In this document: positions 1 through 7,871 of the stretch, piece after piece | How the letters are laid out: each line of letters opens with the position of its first letter | How positions within the stretch are numbered: position 1 is the stretch's first letter | Source of the DNA: Octopus sinensis | Lineage: Eukaryota | Assembly (NCBI RefSeq): GCF_006345805.1 | Contig: NW_021825227.1 | Span: 1-16,280, forward strand | DNA length: 16,280 nucleotides | Direction: 5' to 3' | Notes under the pieces: generated by a model | Told to the model about the DNA's origin: nothing | Database searches by the model: none | What the model saw: the letters and a program-made list of their open reading frames with translations, nothing else | Translations under genes and position numbers: made by a program

Positions 1-299
1 CCTCCACCCGGGGAAATAGCAGTGGAGCGCACGGTCGCTTTTCAGGCCTCGACCGATCCAGCATGCTAACTTTTGTGTGTCTATTATGGTATTTCAGTGG
101 GCCTTAGAAATACTTGGTGGTACCCATTTCCTCTCCAAGCGTGCAGTCGTTCACAAAGCTTAGCCTGCCAGCAGAAGCAGTTACCAGAATGTGGCTGAGT
201 ATGGTCTCAGTGAGGGTTTGGTAGGAACTAGCATACCCGTCCATCCTTAAGGATGCTGTTGCTGAAAACTAAGATATTAAATTTACCCGAACACAAAAA

Positions 300-800
300 C
301 GTCAGAGAATTCTTCAGGACAACAGTGGATGTTCGACAAGTACGTCTCCTCGCTTCAGGAACACTCAGGTTTGCTTCTGTTGTCATGACGAAGCTGAACA
401 TCATTTGCAAAAGCAATCCCAGTAGTTTTCCAACAAGTCCCAAAGTGTACAAGTCCCTGGTGACTTCGACCCTTCTGTATGGGTGTGAGAGCTGGACTTT
501 TAGCGCTGACATGGAGCGAAGTATCCAGGCATTTTAGCGCAAGTGCTTCAGAGCACAAAACGAACAGCTTTGCCAGGTAGCAAGTCAACAAATACACTGG
601 CTGGGAGGAAATCATACCTTGTGCTGGTACAAAAGATAAAAGCTTGCCTGGTACGGCCATGCATCCCGTCACGCCTTGCTGTTCAAAACCTTTCTTCAGG
701 GCCCAGTTGAGGGAAAGTAAAAGAGAAGTAGACAGAGAAAAGCCTGGTTTGTCAGCATCAGCGACTGGACTGGTTACTATATAACGAATCTGCTACGACA
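300..800 (+). pseudogene. Degraded RTE-clade LINE fragment (C-terminal part of the RT ORF)
   Basis: The 253..537 ORF ends in VMTKLNIICKS...VYKSLVTSTLLYGCESWTFSADMERSIQAF*RKCFR. Broken frames downstream give EHKTNSFAR, AWYGHASRH, FLQGPVEGK*KRSRQRKAW and WTG. These match the RTE C-terminal pattern (LLYG.E.WT; W.GHV.R; G...G.R.RGR...W). Stops and deletions are present; boundaries are approximate. Confidence 0.8.
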
Positions 801-802
801 GA

Positions 803-960
803 ACACTGCTGGATATGCAATCTAGCATCATGGCCGGTGCAGGTCCATCAGGGTCCTCACCCTCTGCTGACCCTCATGGAACTGCACCGGCCATGATGCT
901 GGGCTGCATATCCAACAGTGTGCAGTCGCTGCAGTCGAAACACGTGTAGGTCCAATAAAG
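803..960 (+). mobile_element. Penelope-like element terminal-repeat (pLTR) remnant with a partial inverted duplication
   Basis: Inverted arms 803-855 and 869-921 (53 bp, 6 mismatches, 13-nt spacer). The right arm continues into GAAAC-acgt-GTA-ggtc and then AATAAA (954-959). A hammerhead followed by a polyA signal is the usual pLTR layout. Confidence 0.55.
869..952 (+). ncRNA. Degenerate type I hammerhead ribozyme motif
   Basis: Stem I gacc(869-872)/ggtc(949-952). Core CUcAUGga at 873-880 against consensus CUGAUGAg; the inverted arm reads CUGAUGga. Stem II actgca(881-886)/tgcagt(930-935). C-GAAA at 936-940. Stem III C941-G946 with palindromic loop acgt. Cleavage triplet GUA at 946-948. Confidence 0.55.
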
Positions 961-1039
961 AATGCTGTAAATAACTGTTAAATAAAATTAGAGATGCGAA
1001 ACATCACCATGTCCTTATCGTTATTAATGCTATTATTAA

Positions 1040-1270
1040 GGCGGCGAGTTGGCGGACTCGTTAGCACGCTGGACAAAATGATAAAAGCGGTATTTCATCT
1101 GTCTTTACGTTCTGAGTTCAAATTCCGCCGAGGTCGACTTTGCCTTTCATCCTTTCGGGGTCGATTAAATAAGTACCAGTTACGCACTGTGGTCGATATA
1201 ATCGACTTAATCTGTTTGCCTGTCCTTGTTTGTCCTCTCTGTGTTTAGCCACTTGTGAGTAGTAAAGAAA
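1040..1270 (+). mobile_element. tRNA-derived SINE (family A)
   Basis: Head ggcggcgagttggcggactcgttagca (A-box-like), B-box GAGTTCAAATTCC, and conserved body gtcgactttgcctttcatcctttcggggtcgat..aagtaccag. The same body recurs at 1272-1412 and, inverted, at 1895-1960. Confidence 0.8.
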
Positions 1271-1271
1271 T

Positions 1272-1412
1272 AGGTATTTCGCCCATCGCTACGTTCTAAG
1301 TTCAAATTCCGCCGAGGTCGACTTTGCCTTTCATCCTTTCGGGGTCGATAAATTAAGTACCAGTGAAACACTGGGGTCCCCTCCCGCCAAATTTGAAGCC
1401 CTGTGCCTCCAG
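1272..1412 (+). mobile_element. Second, 5'-truncated tandem copy of SINE family A
   Basis: Near-identical repeat of gttcaaattccgccgaggtcgactttgcctttcatcctttcggggtcgat...aagtaccagt directly after the first copy. Confidence 0.8.
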
Positions 1413-1827
1413 TAGAAATGATTACTAATACTATTACTTACTCTACGGAACATATGCAGTCCTGAACTGGATAATCAGAGCTATCCAGCGAGGTAAGTTA
1501 TCAAAGCCTAGCAACGTATGGTTAGCTCGGGTACCACGTAAGGATCGTTGTAGTCAGCCGGCATCTGAAACCGAATTAAGAGGAAACATGATTACTGCCA
1601 GGATAATATATCTCTTTATACAGATTGAAATACACACGCACACACATACACTCACACGCATACGTATATGTATAAGTGTGTGTGTGTGTGTGTATGTGTG
1701 TGAGTGTGTGTAAGAGAGAGAGAGTGGCTGAGAGTGTCCGCAATTGCTCTTCTCGGCAGCAATTTTTGAGTTGTTCTTGAAGATGATAAGGATGAGGATT
1801 GAACAAGACGTCGACGACGACGTCGTC

Positions 1828-2003
1828 AATGATGATGATGATGATGATAATTCTTTCTACTATAGGTATAAGTCGGTTACATCGACCCCTGGTGCTTGAC
1901 TGGTACTTAATTTATCGACCCCGAAAGGATGATAAGCAAAGTCGACGTCAGCGGAATTTGAGATCAAAACCTAAAGACGGACGAAATGCTGCTAAGCATT
2001 TTG
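1828..2003 (-). mobile_element. SINE family A copy on the minus strand with (CAT)n-type tail
   Basis: ctggtacttaatttatcgaccccgaaaggatga..gcaaagtcgac...gcggaatttga is the reverse complement of the family A body. An (ATG)n run at 1828-1847 lies at its 3' end. Confidence 0.75.
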
Positions 2004-2050
2004 CTGCACCCCCACCCTTACTATATTACCGTTAACAACCCACCCACCAG

Positions 2051-2420
2051 AACACGGGTGTAATTACGAACCTAGGAAAAAGTGTCTCTCAAATGGAATC
2101 TGTGTCCAAACAAATATGGTGTATGAGTGTGTGGTAGCTCCTAGCTTCACTCCAAGATATTATATTGGAGCCACCACCAATTGGTGACGCTAGGGATTTC
2201 ACCCCATAGACATCCTTTTCGTCATATGACCTAAAATCTAATACCTCCTTAGCTGAATATATTCATGAGCTCAATCCCAAGGCATTCACTACGAAATTAG
2301 GCAAAGCCCAGCCCGAGAACGATAATGAGAGATTTTGCGAACCCTGCCTCTGCAAGACCTTCAAAATTCTATTTGCCGATAGAAAAAAAAGCCTGCTTTG
2401 TAAGCGTAACGAATATTTGT
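2051..2420 (+). pseudogene. Penelope-like element (Neptune-type) GIY-YIG endonuclease domain, degraded
   Basis: From 2059: CNYEPRKKCLSNGICVQTNMVYECVVAPSFTPRYYIGATTNW* (VY...YIG motif). After frameshifts: KSNTSLAEYIHELN...KAQP...FCEPCLCKTFKILFADRKKSLLCKRNE. This matches the CN..CP..G.C / T.LS..I..L / C.LC..EK..I...LLNKR.E pattern of Neptune-group elements. Confidence 0.75.
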
Positions 2421-2573
2421 AAATTGGGGCGAGTATTTTCCTCAGTTTTGGGTTTGTGATAGTATCAGAGTCAGTTGTACCGGGAACTTATCCTCGACAG
2501 TGAAAGGGTTGGTTTTAGCTTCCATTTCAATGTGACCTGTGGTACAAAATTTGAAAATTTGGGGTTTAATTTT

Positions 2574-3000
2574 CCCGTGTTGGCCCACGAGGGATGTGGA
2601 TTTAAGAATATGAGGACTTTAATTTGTAGCTGTTAAATGCAGCTAAGATAGCTTCTAGATTCGGGTTCGTGCAGTAGGATAATTTAAAGGTTTTCCTGTT
2701 AATCATTTCATCGTACTTATGATGAGGTGAGTGGGGGGAAATTTAATTTTTTTATAGACTATAAAAAAAGCTGGAAATATTGGTTTTAGCGTTATTAGTG
2801 AAGGGAAAAGTATACCAAGATATCTGGCGTTTCTTGGGCTTGCTAGTGTTTGTATGTCTATAAGTGGCGCCAGGCTTTGATATTATTGAGGGGAACTCGG
2901 CATTCTGACGTTCACCAATATCTCCTCGTTTACCTTTCCTATAATTCGATCTTAGGCTGTTGTTGCTATATATGTATTTTTTCCTTGTTTTAATCATTAG
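2574..3000 (-). pseudogene. Penelope-like element linker region (normally just upstream of GIY-YIG), in opposite orientation
   Basis: Minus-strand translation KPKKRQISWYTFPFTNNAKTNISSFFYSL...HKYDEMINRKTFKLSYCTNPNLEAILAAFN...RGPTR fits the KR.I.W.NPP....KTNI...FL.L...F...H....FNR...KLSY pattern of Neptune-type ORFs. Stops and frameshifts are present. Confidence 0.7.
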
Positions 3001-3003
3001 ATT

Positions 3004-3358
3004 GCGACCATGCTGAGGCACCGCCTTGGAATATTTTTTCTAGTCGAATGAATCAACCCCATTACTTATTCTCTTGTTAAGCTTGGTACTTACCGTTCTC
3101 TATTGCCGAACCGTTAAGTTACGGGCACGTAAACACACCAAATGGTGATGGGGGACAAACAGAGAGAGAGAGAGACACACACACATACATATATATATAT
3201 GACAGGCTTCTTTCAGTTTCCGTCAACCAAACCCGCTCACAAGGCTTTGGTCGCCTTGAGGCTGTAGTTGTAGACACTTACCCAAGGTGCCACGCATTGG
3301 GACTGAACCCGGAACCATGAGGTTGGGCAGCAAGTTTCTTACTACACAGTCACGCCTG
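3004..3358 (-). mobile_element. Near-full-length tRNA-derived SINE (family B)
   Basis: Minus-strand head caggcgtgactgtgtagtaag, B-box-like ggttcagtccc, body ggcaccttgggtaagtgtct...ggaaactgaaagaagcctgtc, an internal microsatellite, and 3' tail ggcggtgcctcagcatggtc. Related copies at 5882 and 8794. Confidence 0.8.
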
Positions 3359-3537
3359 TACCTATACATATACACATACACAGGCAAACACATAAACACA
3401 TATATACTCACCTCACACATATACACGCACACTTACCTGCATTACATGCATATATGTATGTATGCACACACACAAACACACATACATATATACACGCATA
3501 CACACACTCATATATATATGTGTGTGTGTGTGTGTAT
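3359..3537. repeat. Compound (TA)/(CA)/(TACA) microsatellite
   Basis: Directly visible low-complexity tract. Confidence 0.9.
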
Positions 3538-3914
3538 GAATAGTTTACGAAGCAGATCAAGAGATAAGCAACTAGATAGAAAGGTAGGTATGTAGGTGGG
3601 GTGTTTACGTGGGGGTTAATTGTTTGAGCTGAGGCGATAGGTAAGAGGGGAGGTAGAGGATGCAGTGGGACGATTAATGGTTAAACAATAAAGACAGAAA
3701 GTCGAGGAAATAAAGAAGCTTGGAAAGAAACTAAAATCGGAAAGACAAAAAAAACATTTGTGGTTTTTAAAAGAGCAAAATATTTTATTTCTTTTTGCAT
3801 AGAATGTCTTTGAAGAAAGAAAGAGATAAAAATGGGGGAAAGAAACAAATAGAAATTGTAATATTGATTTTTAATCGAGGCATATGGCTAGAAATGGATA
3901 AAGGGAGCGGGGTA

Positions 3915-4045
3915 GGGTCGAGTATATTGAAATCAATGCTTCAATGTTACTGTATTATGTTGACCTCGGTAGAGATGAACGTAAAATTAGCCTGCATGGG
4001 GTTTGAACTCGTATCTTCGATGGATGCTAACGAATGCTCTCAGTC
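3915..4045 (-). mobile_element. Old, degraded SINE family A copy
   Basis: ttgacctcggtagagatgaacgtaaaattagcctgcatggggtttgaactc aligns loosely with the inverted family A body (tcgaccccgaaaggatgaaaggcaaagtcgacctcggcggaatttgaactc). Confidence 0.45.
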
Positions 4046-4060
4046 TACGGTCTGTGGCAT

Positions 4061-4062
<2 letters not shown>

Positions 4063-4102
<40 letters not shown>

Positions 4103-4440
4103 AAACTGAGAATGTATGTGTGTGTCTGTCTGTCTATCTGTTTCCCTAAAACTTGAGAACTATACAACCAATTTCATGCAAATTAAGCTTTTTCCCTAAG
4201 GCAACCCTACAGCAATATCATAACTTCTCCACTATTTCAGTATTACGTGTTAAAAGTGAAACAAAAACATCTCTCTATTGTAATGCAGACATTCACTTTA
4301 ATACTGAAAGTATTATATAACAGGGATGAACCATTAACAGTGGTCATCCATTTTGCTAGAAGAAGATCCGCTATAGTCTTACATGCTACACCACTATTTT
4401 TCAATTCATATTAATCAAATTAATATTCAATTTTCACCCT
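4063..4440 (+). mobile_element. (TA)n run followed by a Helitron-like non-autonomous 5' segment
   Basis: (TA)n-taaaactgagaatgtatgtg-(tctg)n-...aactatacaaccaatttcatgcaaatt resembles DINE/HINE-type Helitron 5' ends. No matching 3' CTAG terminus was found nearby, and the right boundary is uncertain. Confidence 0.45.
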
Positions 4441-4950
4441 TATTATGTGTGTGTGTGTATTAGCAATTCGTATAAAATTGCATCAATGACTTGAACTTGA
4501 ATAAGTGGTTTCACATAAATGGGGATAAATTAAAAAGGTTTGTTGCTATTATTATTACTGTTTGACTATTGTAATCACATTTGTTGGTTCCTCGTCAGGG
4601 AAACGTTGTTGTGTTGCATTTGTTAAATAATTGTAAACCGTAACCCTCCCCCTTTCGGAGAAGGGGGTTTGGTTATTGTTTAAAAATTGAATTCCCCTGT
4701 TTGGGGAAATTGACAATATTTTCACCGTCTTTACGAAAGCATTTTTGTTAAAATGCCTTCGATAGAAGAAAGTCCAAAAATGAATTTCGCTGCAGCCGTA
4801 CACCTCTATACAAGAGGGAGGACAAGATCCAATTGATCGAAATTGCAAGAGACGGACCTACAATTCCAGTCTGTTATATATTTTGAGTATTGTTATCACT
4901 AGCGATATCAAGATATAACTTGGACTCCATCTGTACTTGCTTGCAATGAT

Positions 4951-5113
4951 TCATTCTTGAGAGTATGAGACTTCGGCCCATTTGACGTTGGGGAAGTTGA
5001 AATCACCCATAAGAAATATGGTCACGTGGTGTTCAGGAGTAATGAGGATTTCTTTAATTCTTGTGAGGCAATCTTCAAACTTGCCTATGTGATTTTGAGC
5101 ATCCAGTGGGCAA
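4951..5113 (-). pseudogene. APE-type endonuclease fragment of a non-LTR retrotransposon (CR1/L2/Jockey-like)
   Basis: The non-repetitive end of ORF 4951..5397 reads CPLDAQNHIGKFEDCLTRIKEILITPEHHVTIFLMGDFNFPNVKW, containing the APE GDFN motif. The N-terminal side is replaced by microsatellite. Confidence 0.7.
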
Positions 5114-5373
5114 CACACACACACACACACACAACACACACATACATACACACACATACACACACACATACACACACATACATACACACACATACATGCA
5201 TACACATACATACACATACATACACATACATACATACACATACATACACACATACATACACACACACATACACACACATACACACACATACATACACATA
5301 CATACATACCCATACATACATACACACACATACATACATACACACACATACATACACACACACACATACACAG

Positions 5374-5414
<41 letters not shown>

Positions 5415-5435
5415 AAAAGAGAGAGAGAGAGAGAG
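5113..5435. repeat. Compound (CA)/(TACA)/(TA)/(GA) microsatellite
   Basis: Directly visible. It produces the six spurious overlapping ORFs in this region. Confidence 0.95.
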
Positions 5436-5605
5436 TTTACGAAAAACCAAAAGACGAAGACAGGTAGTGTACAAAACAAACAGCTGTATTAGTACAACGC
5501 TCAGGAATAGAAAATGTCTTTTACGTTTCGAACCTACGCTCTTCTACAGAAAGGGACACAGAAAAAGCAAGGAGAGAAAAAAATGTGGTGTGTAGGGGTT
5601 GCTAA
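5436..5605 (-). mobile_element. Short dispersed repeat, probably Penelope pLTR-derived, with a hammerhead-like motif at 5516-5557
   Basis: Minus strand gtcccttt-CTGTAGA-A-GAGC-gtag-GTTC-GAAAC-G-TA-aaagac. It shares acgctcaggaa and the adjacent context with 14611-14683. Confidence 0.45.
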
Positions 5606-5618
5606 TATCTATCATATA

Positions 5619-5619
<1 letters not shown>

Positions 5620-5674
<55 letters not shown>

Positions 5675-5717
5675 CGTACAAATACATGTATATACATATA
5701 AATACATGTATATATAC
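5620..5717. repeat. (TA)n and degenerate TA/TACA microsatellite
   Basis: Directly visible. Confidence 0.9.
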
Positions 5718-5718
5718 T

Positions 5719-5779
5719 GATGATTGATTGATTGATTCTAGTTTCAGCTCATGAGCTGTGGCCATGCTGGGGCACCGCC
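5719..5779 (-). mobile_element. Isolated SINE/LINE 3' tail with (TCAA)n end
   Basis: Minus strand ggcggtgccccagcatggccacagctcatgagctgaaactagaa(tcaa)3, with the same ggcggtgcc.cagcatgg motif as the 3' end of the SINE at 3004-3025. Confidence 0.65.
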
Positions 5780-5881
5780 ATTATGTAAACATGTATGTTT
5801 AGATGTATATATAGATGTACATGTAATATGTACACATATATGCATCCATACACTCATACCGATAGAAACACACACACACAC

Positions 5882-5969
5882 AGGTGTGGCAACAAACTTG
5901 GTTCCAAAACACTTGGTCCTTAGTTCAGTCCCACTGTGTGGTAAATTGGCATGTGTCTTCTGCTGTAGC
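5882..5969 (+). mobile_element. 5' fragment of SINE family B
   Basis: aggtgtggcaacaaacttggttccaaaacacttggtccttagttcagtcccactgtgtggtaaattggcatgtgtcttctg, nearly identical to 8794-8889. Confidence 0.7.
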
Positions 5970-6367
5970 GTCGGGTCGGGTCGGGAGAATTTCCATTATA
6001 TATTGAGAGAATTTGAGTTAGAAATAGAGAACTATAAATATTGTATTATGCATAAAGTGGTGGCTTACATTCGGGGCTTCCAATTTCTCTGTAAAATATA
6101 AGATAGTCGCAAAATCATCGCACATGTCACCATCGATTACAAACACCGGTGGAAGATAAAAGTTCCAGAGGACATTCTTGTTCTTTAGTTTGTACAGGGA
6201 TCATATTATGTTTCGGCTTAAAATGAATTATAGATACAAATATAAAGTATAGAAATATATAAAAACCAGAATAGAAAATAAACGTCTTAGGCATATATAA
6301 TGAGATAATATGAGATATCAAGGTGATATAAACTTGAAACCCACTAGAATATCATAGATTACATATA

Positions 6368-6520
6368 TCAAGTCATCCAATCAGTTCTGTCCAATTTTAG
6401 CCTTTTTTTTTAGATTTGAATGAAATTTAATAGTATTTTCGAATGTCTAATTCAATTAAAAATTATTTTTATGCATTTGTGTACGTTTAAATTAATTCAA
6501 TATTGTTTTACAAAATAATA
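6368..6520 (+). mobile_element. Putative left TIR and 5' UTR of the mariner relic whose ORF starts at 7872
   Basis: TA followed by tcaagtcatccaatcagttctgtccaatttt resembles degraded mariner TIRs. It lies immediately left of the DD41D element, and the mariner ORF resumes immediately right of it. The similarity is judged by eye. Confidence 0.35.
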
Positions 6521-7843
6521 GAGGGTGTCCACAAATTCTGCGTATATGGGATTAACATATGCTTTTAAAACAAACATCTGCTCTTCTCTCCATTCTCGCA
6601 AATTTTATTTAATTATAATGTTAATAAATAATAATTTCAAAGTGATTTCCATCATTTTTCAATGCATAACTTGATGCGCCTTGCAAAATTCAGGTGAACT
6701 TGATTAAATAAGTCTACATTGCCATCAATTTCAGCACACTGACTGGTAATGCGTTCTCTCATGTGTTTTAAATCTGTAATCTTTATTGTAATCTTTCTCT
6801 TTCAACATACCCCAGAAAAAGAAATCAAGGGGAGAAAGGTCTGGTGAACGAGGGGACCTTTCCATATGAGCTCTTCTTCCAATCCAGTGAGGAAAAGTGT
6901 CATTAAACCAATCTCTAAGAGTTGTGGCAAAATGGGTAGGGGCCCCATCCTGCTGAAACCAATTCGGAAGGCCCTCACCTAGGCGCTCAATTTGAGATAT
7001 TAATTTGTCTCTCAATATGTTTACATAAGTCTCATCCGTTATATGTTCAATGAAGAAGGGTCCTAGAACATGAGCTTTCCACAAACCACACCACACCATC
7101 ACCTTTTTGCTACCTTGCTGCTTGGATGGATCCATCCACTGTGGATTACTTCGAGACCAGTATAGAAGATTCTGTCTGTTGACCTCACCATTTACATAAA
7201 ACGTAGCTTTGTCACTGAACAACATATAGTTTTTCGTAAAATTGATATTTTCATCCAATTTATCTGAAAACCATTCGCATGTCTACATTCGTCTATCAGG
7301 GTCGTCTTCGTTTAAGTGATGCAATATCTGTAGGTTGTATCGATGAAACTTTTCCTCAACCAGCATTTTGTGGATGGTTGGTTTTGGAACACCGAACACC
7401 GTGGATGTCCGACGAAGTGATTTCTTTGGGCTAGCAGAAACTTTAGCCATGACAGCCCCTTTCGTTTCATCTGAAATCTTTGGTCACCCGGAACGGGGTT
7501 TATCCAAAACAGTGCCTGTTTCTTTAAATTTCTTGATCAATTTCCCGACGGCAGTAAAATAAATAGGTTACCTATAAGGGCGTCAAAGATTAAATTCTTC
7601 CGCAATTTTGCGATAAGACCACTCCTCTCGTTCACTTAATAATACTAAATCGATACTTTCTTCTTTAGACAGATCCATCATTCGATCTGGGATTCTTTCT
7701 TCTTTAGACAGAGCCGTCATTCGATCTTCTGTATTTTTTAAATTTAATTTAAACAAAAGTAAAAAAGGAAAAATATTATTTCTTATATTTATTTGTTTCT
7801 GTTATGATTTTATTCCATGTATCCAGACTTCGTGGACACCCTA
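6521..7843 (-). mobile_element. Full-length Tc1/mariner-superfamily transposon, DD41D (rosa/VS)-like family, inactivated
   Basis: TIRs 6521-6549 (gagggtgtccacaaattctgcgtatatgg) and 7815-7843 (reverse complement tagggtgtccacgaagtctggatacatgg), with about 6 mismatches in 29 bp. TA at 6519-6520 on the left; the right-hand TSD is degenerate. About 1.32 kb, enclosing a transposase pseudogene. Confidence 0.9.
6621..7720 (-). pseudogene. DDD transposase pseudogene (40 residues between the 2nd and 3rd Asp in this copy)
   Basis: One frame from ATG 7720/7681: MDLSKEE...KFKETGTVLDKPRSG*P...SPKKSLRR...FSDKATFYVNGEVNRQN...KVMVWCG...FQQDGAPTH...WIGRR..SPRSPDLSPLDFFFWGMLK. Four in-frame stops in the N-terminal half. 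C-terminal frameshifts give DLKHMRERI...RIKLCIE..G.HFE, ending at the stop at 6621-6623. Confidence 0.9.
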
Positions 7844-7871
7844 AAATTGCTTTGATTAAAACCCTTTCAAC

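Noticed and set aside
1040-1130. tRNA gene
   Set aside because: It has A/B-box-like motifs but no cloverleaf, and it continues into a repeated SINE body.
1460-1498. Perfect donor-like AG|GTAAGT after a short open frame (PELDNQSYPA)
   Set aside because: No convincing acceptor, no homology clue and no partner exons. Such 8-mers occur by chance in 16 kb.
3781-3860. Polypyrimidine tract plus AG followed by ATG (possible exon)
   Set aside because: Weak donor, low-complexity purine-rich content, and no supporting exons.
4586-4606. CTGACGAG (minus) next to GAAAC (plus) as a hammerhead
   Set aside because: The two halves are on opposite strands and there is no stem II.
4951-5492. Six overlapping ORFs of 128-148 aa (VCVC/HTHT-rich)
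   Set aside because: Translations of a microsatellite. Only the APE-like tail at 4951-5113 is meaningful.
5985-6360. AT-rich unique stretch with small ORFs (5751..6101, 6127..6321)
   Set aside because: No recognisable motif. The first ORF is a read-through of SINE and microsatellite sequence.
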